Shown here one piece after another: positions 49,515 through 61,372 of a DNA stretch of 64,000 nucleotides. The stretch lies in contig OY781089.1 in assembly GCA_963676565.1 (NCBI GenBank), positions 128,001 to 192,000 on the forward strand, read 5' to 3'. How positions within the stretch are numbered: position 1 is the stretch's first letter; every line of letters begins with the position of its first letter. The stretch comes from Halarcobacter sp. GTDB taxonomy: Bacteria; Campylobacterota; Campylobacteria; Campylobacterales; Arcobacteraceae. The translations under genes were made by a program, and so were the position numbers. The notes under the pieces are model-generated. The model searched no databases. It was not told the DNA's origin and saw only the letters and a list, made by a program, of their open reading frames with translations.

Positions 49515-50657
49515 TTGGAGAATTACTTGCGAGATTTTGAACTTGAAACATACTTCTCAAAATGGGAGTTTAATGCAAAATACCATATGACCCCATCAGA
49601 TATGGGAAGTATGACCTTAGATGAACTTTTAAAAATGGCAACACCTAAACAAAAAGAGGAATTTAATAATCTTTATTTAGGATATACAGAGATTTGGGGA
49701 GATAAAGAGTTACTTCAAGAAATTTCAAAAACCTATGAAAATATAAAACCTGAAAATATCCTTTGCTTTGCAGGTGCGGGAGAAGGTATTTATATCACTA
49801 TGAGAACAATGCTTAACAAAGATGACCATGCAATTGTTGTTGTTCCAAACTACCAAAGTGCCGAAACAATCCCTTTAGAGATTTGTCAAGTAAGCGGTAT
49901 AGAGCTAAAAGATGAAAACAATTGGCAGTTAGATATTAAAGAACTTGAATCTTTAATCCAAGAGAATACAAAACTTATAGCTATAAATTTCCCACACAAT
50001 CCATCGGGAACTGTATTATCAAAAGAAACCCTTGATGAACTTATAAATTTATGTAGAAAAAATGACATATATTTATTTAGTGATGAAGTTTTTAGAGAAC
50101 TTGAAAGGAATGAAAAAGATACTATGCCTCAGATTGCAGATGTATATGAAAAAGGTCTTTCTTTAAATGTATTATCAAAATCTTACGGTTTCCCTGGACT
50201 TAGAATTGGTTGGATTGCTTCAAAAGATAAAGAAGCTTTAATTAAAATGGAAAAATACAAACACTATATCTCTTTATGTAATTCTGCTCCAAGTGAAAAA
50301 CTAGCAATAATAGTTTTACAAAACAAAGAAAAAATCATAAAAAGAAATAAAGAAATTGCTTCTAATAACCTTGATAAACTAGAAGAGTTTTTTCTAAGTT
50401 ATCCAAAACTATTTCAATGGAAAAGACCAAAAGGTGGTTCAATTGCCTATGTAAAATACTTAGGAGAAGATGGAGTTGAAAACTTTTGTAAATCTTTGAT
50501 TGAAGAAAGCGGTGTATTATTACTTCCTGCTTCTATTTATAAATCACAACTTCTTGAGACCTCAAAAGAGCACTTTAGAATTGGCTTTGGTAGAAACAAG
50601 ATTTTTGAAGCTGGTTTAGAAGCTATGAAAAAACATATAGAAAAAAAATACTTATAA
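49515..50657 (+). CDS. Class I/II PLP aminotransferase
   Basis: NFPHNPSG, SDEVF, SKSYGFPGLRIGW. Confidence 0.9.
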   Translation: MENYLRDFELETYFSKWEFNAKYHMTPSDMGSMTLDELLKMATPKQKEEFNNLYLGYTEIWGDKELLQEISKTYENIKPENILCFAGAGEGIYITMRTMLNKDDHAIVVVPNYQSAETIPLEICQVSGIELKDENNWQLDIKELESLIQENTKLIAINFPHNPSGTVLSKETLDELINLCRKNDIYLFSDEVFRELERNEKDTMPQIADVYEKGLSLNVLSKSYGFPGLRIGWIASKDKEALIKMEKYKHYISLCNSAPSEKLAIIVLQNKEKIIKRNKEIASNNLDKLEEFFLSYPKLFQWKRPKGGSIAYVKYLGEDGVENFCKSLIEESGVLLLPASIYKSQLLETSKEHFRIGFGRNKIFEAGLEAMKKHIEKKYL

Positions 50658-50658
50658 A

Positions 50659-50688
50659 TTAAACTAAGATAATTTATCTTAGTTTAAT
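50659..50688. terminator. Palindrome between convergent genes
   Basis: TTAAACTAAGATAA-T-TTATCTTAGTTTAA. Confidence 0.65.
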
Positions 50689-52534
50689 ATTTAACACTTC
50701 CAATAATTTTCTTTGAAACTATATCTGCTGATTTTATAATAACTCTTATTTTACTAAACAGCACCTGACCTTTATAATTATCAAGATATATTTTTGCCCC
50801 TGGAATTTGTCCACTTGTTACACATATTCCTCTCTCATTATCACTAATTCTTGCTTTTACTTCTAGGCCTATATTTTTTAAAGCCCATCTTGCATATTTT
50901 CTATCTTCATAATCCCAAACCATTTGATCTATTTTTCGCTCTTGAACTGAAATATGCTCACAAATCTCATCGATATTTTTTGGAGTTTGTTTTGATTTTA
51001 AGATTCTATGTAAAACTAAATCTGAATATCTTCTAATTGGACTTGTAAAGTGGGAATATGATTTAAAACCTAAACCAAAATGGCCTAAATTTTTAGATGA
51101 ATATTTTGCTTGGGTTTGAGCATGAATAATCAAATCATCAATCTCTTCCCTTAAGCTAGAATGTTTTGCTTTTTCTTGAATATGAGTGATAGTATCATGT
51201 ACATCATTTTGTAATTTTGCTTTTATTCCTAAAGCATTTACATCATCAATTAGTTTTGAGATTGCCTTAAAAGGTGGCTCTTCATGGATTCTAAAAATCC
51301 CAACTGTATTTACTTTTTTACTAGCTTCAATATTTGCTAATAACATACACTCTTCAACCAATTGATGAGAAGCAGAAGAGGTTTCAACTTCAATACTTTG
51401 TATCTCACTTTTATTATCAAGCTTAAGTCTATTTTCACTTGATCTAAAATCATAACCCTTTTCTAATCTTTTCTTTCTAAAAGATTTTGTTACCTCATAT
51501 AAAGGGATAAGATAATCAAAAATATCTTTTTCTTGTTTGGTATAAGTATCAAGCTTCTCATCTAAAACTCTATCGATTCTTCCATAAGAAAACTTTCTAT
51601 GAGAATTTATAATTGCTTCAAAAACTTCACTTTTTTTAATGCTCATATTGTGTACATCTAAATAAATTTTAAAAACATAAGAGTATCTATTAACATTTTC
51701 TTTTAATGAGCATAAATCTTCACTTAGTTCATTTGGAAGCATAGGTAAAACTTTGCCAGGCAAATATGCAGAAAGACTCTTTTTAAAAGCTTCTTTATCA
51801 ATTTCGCTTCCCTCTTTTACAAAATAAGAAACATCAGCAATTGCCACATACAAGATATTTTCAATAAAATCAAAATAAATAGCATCATCATGATCTTTTG
51901 CACTAGCAGGGTCAATGGTACAAAAAGGAAGCTGTGTTAAATCAACTCTTTGATTTTTATCATCCATTTTTGCATCAACTTCTAGTTTTTTGTATCTGTA
52001 ATCTTCTTTAAACAAAATTGTAGATATTTTTTCATCAATCCTAGCATCACTAATATTTCCAAGATTTTGTGAAACTTCAAAAGATTTTGAATCTACCAAT
52101 AAAACATCACCTTCATTTGCATGAATTTGTGTTTTGTTTTGAAGCATAATATTTTCTTTGATTGTGAAATAATTGTCATTTTTTACAAAAACTAAAATCT
52201 CACTTTTATTTCCATCAAACACTTTTACAATTTTTGCTTTGATTTTACTTCTAGGATTAAAAACTCTTTTTGCTAAAACAAAATCTCCATCATATGCACC
52301 ATTTAACTGTTCAAAATCTAAATTTAGATTTTTATGCTCATTATCTAAATCCTCTAAAACAGCTTTATTTTTTTGAACTTTTATTGTACCCACTCGATAT
52401 TTTGAATTTAGCTCAAATCTATTATTATTTTCATTTACAATGTCATCTTTTATAAATTCATTTAGTATTTTTCTCTCTTCTTCTGTGAAATCATCTTCAT
52501 TATTAACTAGTTTTATAAATAAGTTTTTTATCAA
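50684..52534 (-). CDS. rnr: RNB domain exoribonuclease (RNase R)
   Basis: TIDPASAKDHDDA, EECMLLAN, HFTSPIRRYSDL. Confidence 0.9.
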   Translation of the reverse strand: MIKNLFIKLVNNEDDFTEEERKILNEFIKDDIVNENNNRFELNSKYRVGTIKVQKNKAVLEDLDNEHKNLNLDFEQLNGAYDGDFVLAKRVFNPRSKIKAKIVKVFDGNKSEILVFVKNDNYFTIKENIMLQNKTQIHANEGDVLLVDSKSFEVSQNLGNISDARIDEKISTILFKEDYRYKKLEVDAKMDDKNQRVDLTQLPFCTIDPASAKDHDDAIYFDFIENILYVAIADVSYFVKEGSEIDKEAFKKSLSAYLPGKVLPMLPNELSEDLCSLKENVNRYSYVFKIYLDVHNMSIKKSEVFEAIINSHRKFSYGRIDRVLDEKLDTYTKQEKDIFDYLIPLYEVTKSFRKKRLEKGYDFRSSENRLKLDNKSEIQSIEVETSSASHQLVEECMLLANIEASKKVNTVGIFRIHEEPPFKAISKLIDDVNALGIKAKLQNDVHDTITHIQEKAKHSSLREEIDDLIIHAQTQAKYSSKNLGHFGLGFKSYSHFTSPIRRYSDLVLHRILKSKQTPKNIDEICEHISVQERKIDQMVWDYEDRKYARWALKNIGLEVKARISDNERGICVTSGQIPGAKIYLDNYKGQVLFSKIRVIIKSADIVSKKIIGSVKY

Positions 52535-52592
52535 TTTTTTACCTTCATTTTTATTACATTTACTGTATAATTGTTATTACGAGGATATTAAA

Positions 52593-53354
52593 ATGCAATA
52601 TAGAATCATACTCTCATTCATCTTAACATTTTTATTCATAAACAACTTATTAGCACAAAAACCAACTTTGATATTTTATTGTGGGATTACCATGGTAAAA
52701 CCTATTACAGAAATGGCAAAAATCATAGAAAAAAAACACAACTGTACAATCAAAATATCTCAAGGTGGTTCAAAAGATTTATATGATTCAATTAAATATT
52801 CAAAAAAAGGTGACTTGTTTCTTCCTGGAAGCCAATCATATAGATCAAATAACTTAGAAGATGGATTTTTGAGCGACTTCGTAGAAATAGGCTACAACAA
52901 AGCCGCAATTTTTGTAAAAAAAGGCAACCCTTATAAAGTTAGTTCTTTAGATGATTTTTTAAGTGAAGATTATGCATCAGTCTTATGTGATTCAGAATCA
53001 GGAAGTATTGGTAGGATGACAAAAGATATTTTTTTAAATTATAAAGGTATCCATTTTTATGAAGAAGTTTTAGACAATACCGTTGAGATAGGAACTGATT
53101 CAAGAAATTTAAACAAAGCTCTAATAGATAGTAGAGCAGACATTTCAATAAACTGGAGGGCAACTTCTTTTTGGAATGAAAATAAAAAACATATTGATAT
53201 TATTGAGATTGATGATAAATATGCACCTAAAAAAAAGCTTATGATTTCCCTTTTAAAGTTTTCAAAAAACAAAGAGATTGCAAAAGATTTTATGAATTTT
53301 GCTATTTCTAAAGAGGGGCAAGAAATAATGAAAAAATATGGATTTTTAAAGTAA
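52593..53354 (+). CDS. ModA-like periplasmic substrate-binding protein
   Basis: Signal peptide, GGS..L, GDLFLPG, V.KGNP, GSIG, EGQEIMKKYGF; ATG 52593 after GAGGA. Confidence 0.8.
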   Translation: MQYRIILSFILTFLFINNLLAQKPTLIFYCGITMVKPITEMAKIIEKKHNCTIKISQGGSKDLYDSIKYSKKGDLFLPGSQSYRSNNLEDGFLSDFVEIGYNKAAIFVKKGNPYKVSSLDDFLSEDYASVLCDSESGSIGRMTKDIFLNYKGIHFYEEVLDNTVEIGTDSRNLNKALIDSRADISINWRATSFWNENKKHIDIIEIDDKYAPKKKLMISLLKFSKNKEIAKDFMNFAISKEGQEIMKKYGFLK

Positions 53355-53358
53355 CATC

Positions 53359-55383
53359 ATGAATAAAAAAAATAAAGACAATACCTTACAACAATTGATT
53401 TTATTGTTAGCAATATTTATTTTAGGTATTTTTTCACTAATTTTAATCCATATATTTTTCTTAAATTTAGTAGATAATCTTGATAAAAAAACTGACAATT
53501 TAAAAGCAAAAATTGCCATTGGGGAATATATTGTAAATGATATAAATATGATTCGTTCTGACTTTTACGAACTTGCTACAACAGCAACAAATAGAAGAGG
53601 AAGGGAGATAATAAATAATAGAATTATTGAAAAAGTAAAACTAATGGAAGATGCCCTTGAAGTTCTTAGAAATGGAGGAACAATAAAAAGGCTTATTAGA
53701 TTAAATGTAGTTGAACACAATAGTATTACAAAAAAAATTGTTTATAAAAAAGATGCCAATGACATTTTATTGGAAGTTATTGATTTATCTCCAAAAATCC
53801 ATCAATTTAAACAGATGTTACAAAAATTGAATATCATGTTACAAACACAATATTTTTATAGAAAAAACAAAGATGTTTATAACTTTATGGAACTAAACAC
53901 TCAAATAAAAAGATTTTATAAAAGAACTCCTGCTTTTTTCATAAGAATATCTGAAAATGCAAGTAGACTCTTATATGAAGGCTCACTTGAACTTGAAAAA
54001 CTTGAAAATCATATTAAAAAACAAAAAGAGTATTATATAAATATCGAACTTACAGTGATTTTCTTAATAGTTTTACTATCTTTGATAATAGGTTCAATAA
54101 TCGCATTTAGGATAAATAGAAACACCAAACTCTTAGAAAGACAAGAGAGTTTTACAAGAGGAACATTGGATTCCCAAGACAATATTGTAATTGTAAGTGA
54201 TGGTGAAAAAATGATTGATGCAAATAGTGCCCTAATCAACTTTTTTGATAGTTACAAAAACTTTAATGAATTTGAAAAAGAACACAAGTGTATATGTAAT
54301 TTTTTTGAAGAGGGTATTGGTGAAAATCTAATTACAGGAAAGTATGTCGATGAAACATTATGGTATGAATATATTATCTTAAACCCTGACTCAAGTCACA
54401 GGGTTATTATGAAAAAGAATGGAAAAAGTTACTACTTTATAATCACTGCCACAAAAAAAGATTTAGATAACAACGACTCAATTATAATCGTTACTCTAAA
54501 CGATATCACTAAAGAAATAGAGATTCAAAAAAGACTAAAACATCTAAATGAAAATCTAGAAGATTTAGTTGATGAGAAAACAAAAGAGTTACAAGTTCTA
54601 AATGAAAACCTTGAAAAAAGGGTTCACCAAGAGCTTGAAGAGAATAGAAAAAAAGATAGAACATTAATCCAACAATCAAGATTTGCAGCATTAGGTGAAA
54701 TGTTAGGAAATATAGCCCATCAATGGAGACAACCTTTATCTGCAATTAGCTCAACTGTTAGCTCTATGAAGATTCAATTAGAACTTGACTTAGCTTCCAA
54801 AGAAGAGATAAATAAATCCTATGATTCAATAACAAAATATGTTGACTTTTTAGATCAGACAATTGATGATTTTAGAGGATTTTTTAGAAAAGATAAAGAA
54901 AAAGTTGAGTTTGATATTCTAAAAAAGATACAAAACTCAATAACTATTACAAGTGCAACATACAAAGATAACTCAATTCAAGTTGAAATTAAAAAAGATA
55001 GTGACTCTTACTATGCCTTTGGTTTGCCAAATGAATTAACCCAAGTTTTTTTAAATATTTTAAATAATGCAAAAGATATCTTAATAGAAAGAAAAATAGA
55101 TAATAGAATAGTTTTTATCAAAATAAGTCAGTCAGCGCAAAACTTTATTATTAAGATTTTTGATAATGCAGGTGGAGTTGATGAAGATATTATCCAAAAA
55201 GTTTTTGACCCATATTTTACTACAAAACATAAATCACAAGGTACAGGTATTGGACTTTATATGAGTAAATATATTATTGAAAAAAATATGAATGGACAAC
55301 TTAGTGTTGAAAATGAACACTTCAAGATTGATGATAAAGAGTATTATGGAGCATGCTTTAAAATTAAATTACCTAAATTTTAG
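53359..55383 (+). CDS. Membrane sensor histidine kinase
   Basis: Two TM segments, NIAHQWRQPL, DNAGG, PYFTTK, GTGIGL. Confidence 0.92.
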   Translation: MNKKNKDNTLQQLILLLAIFILGIFSLILIHIFFLNLVDNLDKKTDNLKAKIAIGEYIVNDINMIRSDFYELATTATNRRGREIINNRIIEKVKLMEDALEVLRNGGTIKRLIRLNVVEHNSITKKIVYKKDANDILLEVIDLSPKIHQFKQMLQKLNIMLQTQYFYRKNKDVYNFMELNTQIKRFYKRTPAFFIRISENASRLLYEGSLELEKLENHIKKQKEYYINIELTVIFLIVLLSLIIGSIIAFRINRNTKLLERQESFTRGTLDSQDNIVIVSDGEKMIDANSALINFFDSYKNFNEFEKEHKCICNFFEEGIGENLITGKYVDETLWYEYIILNPDSSHRVIMKKNGKSYYFIITATKKDLDNNDSIIIVTLNDITKEIEIQKRLKHLNENLEDLVDEKTKELQVLNENLEKRVHQELEENRKKDRTLIQQSRFAALGEMLGNIAHQWRQPLSAISSTVSSMKIQLELDLASKEEINKSYDSITKYVDFLDQTIDDFRGFFRKDKEKVEFDILKKIQNSITITSATYKDNSIQVEIKKDSDSYYAFGLPNELTQVFLNILNNAKDILIERKIDNRIVFIKISQSAQNFIIKIFDNAGGVDEDIIQKVFDPYFTTKHKSQGTGIGLYMSKYIIEKNMNGQLSVENEHFKIDDKEYYGACFKIKLPKF

Positions 55384-55430
55384 CTTTACTTGGATATAAT
55401 CGTCCACAAAATTTTCTAGAGGAATATTAA

Positions 55431-56453
<1,023 letters not shown>

Positions 56454-56459
56454 TTTTTT

Positions 56460-56487
56460 AAAGTAAGGGATTTTTTCCCTTACTTTT
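56460..56487 (+). terminator. ilvC terminator
   Basis: AAAGTAAGGGA / TCCCTTACTTTT. Confidence 0.75.
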
Positions 56488-56501
56488 ATTACACTGCATA
56501 G

Positions 56502-57614
56502 ATGACAAAAAGAAAAAATAGAAAAACTCAAAAAAGAAAATCTACTAAAAAGCATATAAAAAAGCCTAGTAATACTAAACTTATAAATATTCTTTTAATT
56601 ATAATTATCTTCTTAATTATACTTATAGGAATTATTCTTTTTAATCTTGATTCTAAAAGATTGAAAGAGGTTAATTCTACGGCAAAAGAAACAACAAAAA
56701 AAGTTGAGAAAACTGTAAATAAAGAGCTTGATAAATATATTGATGAAATAAAGATAAAAAAAGATAAATTTGAAGAATACACAGATCATTTTTATGAAGA
56801 ATATATTGATAAAGAGACTGTAGAAAAACTAAAAGAACAAGTTGAATCTGTTAAACAAGAGATTCAAAAACCTAATGTACCTGATACTAAAGAGGAAGTA
56901 AAAAAAGAGACTCCTAAACAAACTATTGTAAAAGATACTCCAAAAGCAGTTTTAACTAATAAACCAAAACTAGCAATTGTAATAGATGATGTCACAACTT
57001 CATATCAATTAAATAAAATAAAAAATATAGGATATAAAGTTACTCCATCTTTTATGCCTCCAACAAAAAAGCATCCAAACTCTGCAAAAATTGCCCAAGA
57101 TTTAGAATTTTATATGATACATTTTCCACTACAAGCAACATCTTTTAATAATGAAGAATCAAATACTTTACATATAGATGATAACTATGAAAGAATAGAA
57201 AAAAGAGTTGCACAAATTAGACAATGGTATCCAAATGCTAAATACACAAATAACCATACTGGAAGTAAATTTACTGAGAATAAAGAAGCCATGGATAAGC
57301 TTTTTAAAGCTTTAGTTAAATACAATTTTATTTTTATGGATAGTAGAACTACAGCAAAAACTGTAGCTAAACAAATGGCATCAAAATATCATATGCCTTA
57401 TATTGTAAGAAATGTATTTTTAGATAATGAACAAGATTTTAACTATATTCAAAATCAATTAAAAAAAGCTATAAAAATAGCGAAGAAAAATGGTTTTGCA
57501 ATTGCAATTTGCCACCCTCACTCAATAACTTTAAAAACTTTAAAAGAATCTAAACATCTTTTAAATGATTTAGAAATGGTTTACCTAAACCAATTACCTT
57601 TTTTAAATAAATAA
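56502..57614 (+). CDS. Divergent polysaccharide deacetylase family protein
   Basis: LAIVIDD, NNHTGS, FMDSRT, RNVFLD, AIAICHP. Confidence 0.9.
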   Translation: MTKRKNRKTQKRKSTKKHIKKPSNTKLINILLIIIIFLIILIGIILFNLDSKRLKEVNSTAKETTKKVEKTVNKELDKYIDEIKIKKDKFEEYTDHFYEEYIDKETVEKLKEQVESVKQEIQKPNVPDTKEEVKKETPKQTIVKDTPKAVLTNKPKLAIVIDDVTTSYQLNKIKNIGYKVTPSFMPPTKKHPNSAKIAQDLEFYMIHFPLQATSFNNEESNTLHIDDNYERIEKRVAQIRQWYPNAKYTNNHTGSKFTENKEAMDKLFKALVKYNFIFMDSRTTAKTVAKQMASKYHMPYIVRNVFLDNEQDFNYIQNQLKKAIKIAKKNGFAIAICHPHSITLKTLKESKHLLNDLEMVYLNQLPFLNK

Positions 57615-57677
57615 TATAAATACTTATCTTAATCTTTTTTATGTATAATTTTATAAATTATATTTAAAAAGATTATT

Positions 57678-58445
57678 ATGACTAATGAAATCAACAATAC
57701 TATAACTGAATTAAATCTTATGAAAAAAGCTCCTAAAACTTTATATTATAGAGGAGATTTAAAGATCTTAGAAAAAAGAAAGATCTCTATTGTTGGTTCT
57801 AGAAAACCTTCAAAATATACAAATTTAATTACTCACAAAATTGCCAATGAATTAAGTAATAGAGATGTTGTTGTAATTAGTGGTGGTGCAATTGGTGTAG
57901 ATGCAATTGCCCATAAAGCAGCCAAAAGTGAAAATACTATCGCAGTAGTAGCAAATGGTTTAGATATAAAATATCCAGCTATAAATAAAAAACTTCTTGA
58001 TGAGATTGAAAAAAATGGTTTACTCTTAAGTGCATATAAAGATGGAGAAAAACCAAGAAACTATACCTTTGTTCAAAGAAACGAAATTGTTGTTGCCTTA
58101 GGTGAAGTGTTAATTGTAACACAAGCAGATGAAAACAGCGGCAGTTTAACATCTGTAAAATATGCCCTTGATATGGGGAAAAAGGTTTATACTATTCCCC
58201 ATAGATTAAATGAGAGTTTAGGCACTCTAAAACTTGTAGAAAAAGGTTTAATCGAGGTTATTTATGATTTAGATAAATTCTTAGATAATTTTGGAAAAAT
58301 AGAAAAAGAAAAAGATGAATTTACTATGTTTTTAAACACTTTCCCAAGTTATGAAGAAGCAATAAATAAATACTCTAATAAAATATTTGAGTATGAACTT
58401 GAAGGTAAAATCAAAATTGAAAATGGGAAAGTTTTTTTAATATGA
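57678..58445 (+). CDS. dprA: DNA processing protein DprA
   Basis: IVGSR, SGGAIGVD..AH, F.QRN, SGSL. Confidence 0.92.
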   Translation: MTNEINNTITELNLMKKAPKTLYYRGDLKILEKRKISIVGSRKPSKYTNLITHKIANELSNRDVVVISGGAIGVDAIAHKAAKSENTIAVVANGLDIKYPAINKKLLDEIEKNGLLLSAYKDGEKPRNYTFVQRNEIVVALGEVLIVTQADENSGSLTSVKYALDMGKKVYTIPHRLNESLGTLKLVEKGLIEVIYDLDKFLDNFGKIEKEKDEFTMFLNTFPSYEEAINKYSNKIFEYELEGKIKIENGKVFLI

Positions 58446-58451
58446 TTTATT

Positions 58452-59336
58452 CTATCTATTTTGCCTTAATAAAAATATTGTAGCTAGGATAGATAAAATA
58501 ATTCCTATAAACATAAAGATATTGATTCTCTCAGCCTCAAAAATATACATAAGTAAAGCAACAACTGCTGGGTTTAAATATACATAGGCCATTACTTTAT
58601 TTGGTCCAAGGGATATAGTTGCTTTTTGATATAAAAATACAGTAAAAAGAGTTGCACCAATTGATAAATATAACATATAAAAAAGATAATTACTTTGTAT
58701 TTTTTCCCATTGTAAAGGTACATCTAAAACTATTAAAGCAATACTCATCCAAATAATACCACCTAATAAGGTCATCAAAGTCAAAACTAAAGTATTATCA
58801 CCCTCTTCAAAAAAGTACTTTACACTAATAGAGTATAAAGCCATAGATAAAACCCCAAATAAAAATATGATATCCCCATAATTAAATGTAAGTTTGATCA
58901 TAGCTTCTATACTTCCATCAAAAATAACTATCAAAGTACCAATCATACCTAAAAAATATGTTGCTACCTTATTTCTGTTTAATCTATCTTTGAAAACAAA
59001 TCCTGCTAAAAATGCAGTTAATAATGGCACTAGAGTGAATAAAGTAGCTGTATTTAATGCACTAGTATATTCTAAAGCTTTAAATAAAAGGATAAAATAC
59101 AAACTATAAAAAAGACTGATTTTAAGACCTTTTAAAAAACTATTTTTGATTTTTTCTCTAAATCTTTTCTTCATTAGAATAAAGGGTAATAAAGCAAAAA
59201 AAGCTAGTATAAATCTAAATAAAGTTAGAGAAATAGGATGTATAACACCTGATAATTTCCCTGAGACAATAAATGATAATGATACTAGAATTGTTGCAAT
59301 CAGCACTAAAATATGTGCTTTTATTTCTTCATTCAA
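58452..59336 (-). CDS. DMT/EamA family transporter
   Basis: About 10 TM segments with two EamA repeats; TTG 59336 after AAGGA. Confidence 0.85.
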   Translation of the reverse strand: MNEEIKAHILVLIATILVSLSFIVSGKLSGVIHPISLTLFRFILAFFALLPFILMKKRFREKIKNSFLKGLKISLFYSLYFILLFKALEYTSALNTATLFTLVPLLTAFLAGFVFKDRLNRNKVATYFLGMIGTLIVIFDGSIEAMIKLTFNYGDIIFLFGVLSMALYSISVKYFFEEGDNTLVLTLMTLLGGIIWMSIALIVLDVPLQWEKIQSNYLFYMLYLSIGATLFTVFLYQKATISLGPNKVMAYVYLNPAVVALLMYIFEAERINIFMFIGIILSILATIFLLRQNR

Positions 59337-59421
59337 AATAAATTCCTTTTTTTGATAGATTTTATTATAAAAAAAATATTTTGTCATTTACATATGTTGA
59401 TAAATTAGATAATCTATCAAA

Positions 59422-60006
59422 ATGAAAAATGAAGAGATATTTAACAGTTTAAAACAAACTATGGATTCTTATCATCCTTTGGGTGAAGAAACTTGGAATG
59501 AACTAAAAAAGATACTTACTATTAGAGAAATTAGAAAAGATGAATATGCATTTAACTTCAATGAAAAAATAAATGCCATATCTTATGTATACAAAGGCTT
59601 ATTTAGAGTTTTTGCAATGAATCAAAATGGGGAAGAATTTAATAAAAATTTCTTTTGGGAAACTAGAATTTATGGTGATATGATTGCACTATTAGATAAT
59701 AAGGAAACCCAAACATCAATACAAGCATTGGAAAACTCAATTGTAGTTGAAATTGCCCATGATAAATATAGACATCTACTTAATAAATATAATGACTTAA
59801 AAATGTATCATATCTATTATTTAGAGAAACACTGGATATTTCAAAAGGATAATATCAGTTATTCTTTAGTTTTAGAAGATGCCTATGATAGATATAAAAG
59901 ATTTTTAAAAGAGTATGGTCATATAGAAAAAAGATTATCTCAATACCATATAGCTTCATATCTTGGGATTAGCCCTACTCATCTAAGCAGGATTAAAAAA
60001 TATTAA
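59422..60006 (+). CDS. Crp/Fnr family regulator
   Basis: cNMP-binding-like domain, IASYLGISPTHLSRI helix-turn-helix. Confidence 0.88.
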   Translation: MKNEEIFNSLKQTMDSYHPLGEETWNELKKILTIREIRKDEYAFNFNEKINAISYVYKGLFRVFAMNQNGEEFNKNFFWETRIYGDMIALLDNKETQTSIQALENSIVVEIAHDKYRHLLNKYNDLKMYHIYYLEKHWIFQKDNISYSLVLEDAYDRYKRFLKEYGHIEKRLSQYHIASYLGISPTHLSRIKKY

Positions 60007-60067
60007 ATACTATTTAAAAGAAAAGCCCTAATATAACTAACCTAGGGCAATCTTTTATATCAATTTT

Positions 60068-61372
60068 TTAGTGTCTTAATTGATAAGTAATATCCCCTGC
60101 TCCAACACCTAAAATAATACCTTCTGAATATTCATGAATTATTTTACCATCTTTTATAAGTTCAATTTTTCCCTTTGATGTTTTTAAACTATCTGCAAAA
60201 ATTGGATTATAATATTCAAACTCTTTTTCAAAATCAATTTCAATTTTTTGTTCCCCAGCAACTGTCCAAATTGGTAAAATCACTAGTTCATCACATCTTC
60301 TAAAACATTTTTTAAAACCTTCTAGATTGTCATTAGTTCTTGAATATTTATGGGGTTGCCAAATCACTATTCTTTTGTTCAAATTTGTTAGATTATCATA
60401 AAGTTCAACAGATTTCATAGTTGCGTCTATTTCCGTTGGATGGTGGGCATAATCATCAATTACAGCCATTTTTTCATTTTTTTGAACCACATCAAATCTT
60501 TTTTTAATACCCTTATAGTTTGCTAGATTTTCTCTTATTTCATCAATTTCTAACTCATTTAAAGCTGCAAGAATAGCTAAAGAAGCATCAACTGCAATAT
60601 GGTAACCAAAGCCCCAAACTTCAAAAGAACCTAAATCTTTTAATTCAAATTTTGTAAATGGTTCCCCATCTTTTAAGAGATAAGATAGATTTTTAATATC
60701 AACACTTGGATAAAGATAAGTTGCACCTTTTATTTTAAGTTTTTTAATATCTTTATCTTCACCATTTAAAACTTTTTTTTGTGCAAGGTCTATAAATGTT
60801 TCATAAGCTCCATAAAACTTATCTAAGTCATAATGATAATATTCCATATGCTCTGGTTCTGCATTTGTAACAATTGAGCAATATGGATTTGAAAGTAAAA
60901 ATGAAGCATCTGACTCGTCTGCTTCAAAGGCAACTAAATCATTTACATATCTAAAGTTTGAACCAAAATCTTTAGAGATAGCTCCAATTAAAGCTGAACT
61001 TTTCAAGATTGAAGCTAAAATTGCTGTTGTTGTAGATTTTCCGTGGGCCCCAGCTACACAATAGTTTTTTTTATCACCTAAAATTATTGGTAAGGCTTCT
61101 TTTCTAGATAGGGTTCTTATTTGTTGAAGTCTAGCTTCAATCAATTCTGGATTTTCATCTGTAACAGCAGCTGAATAGATAACTAAATCTAAATCATCTG
61201 TAATATTTTTTGAATCTTGCGGACAAGAAACTTTAATACCTTCTTTTTCAAGCTCTTTTGTAATTGGTGAACTTTTCATATCAGAACCACATACTTCGTG
61301 TCCATCATATTTTAAAAATCTTGCTAAGGCAGAAAGTCCAATTCCACCAATTCCTATAAAATGTACTTTCAT
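60068..61372 (-). CDS. murC: UDP-N-acetylmuramate-L-alanine ligase
   Basis: HFIGIGGIG.S, GAHGKSTTT, EADESD, DDYAHHPTE, QPHKYSRT. Confidence 0.96.
   Translation of the reverse strand: MKVHFIGIGGIGLSALARFLKYDGHEVCGSDMKSSPITKELEKEGIKVSCPQDSKNITDDLDLVIYSAAVTDENPELIEARLQQIRTLSRKEALPIILGDKKNYCVAGAHGKSTTTAILASILKSSALIGAISKDFGSNFRYVNDLVAFEADESDASFLLSNPYCSIVTNAEPEHMEYYHYDLDKFYGAYETFIDLAQKKVLNGEDKDIKKLKIKGATYLYPSVDIKNLSYLLKDGEPFTKFELKDLGSFEVWGFGYHIAVDASLAILAALNELEIDEIRENLANYKGIKKRFDVVQKNEKMAVIDDYAHHPTEIDATMKSVELYDNLTNLNKRIVIWQPHKYSRTNDNLEGFKKCFRRCDELVILPIWTVAGEQKIEIDFEKEFEYYNPIFADSLKTSKGKIELIKDGKIIHEYSEGIILGVGAGDITYQLRH

Noticed and set aside
52440..52592. Extended N-terminus of the ModA-like ORF
   Set aside because: Overlaps rnr on the opposite strand; ATG 52593 has an RBS and a signal peptide
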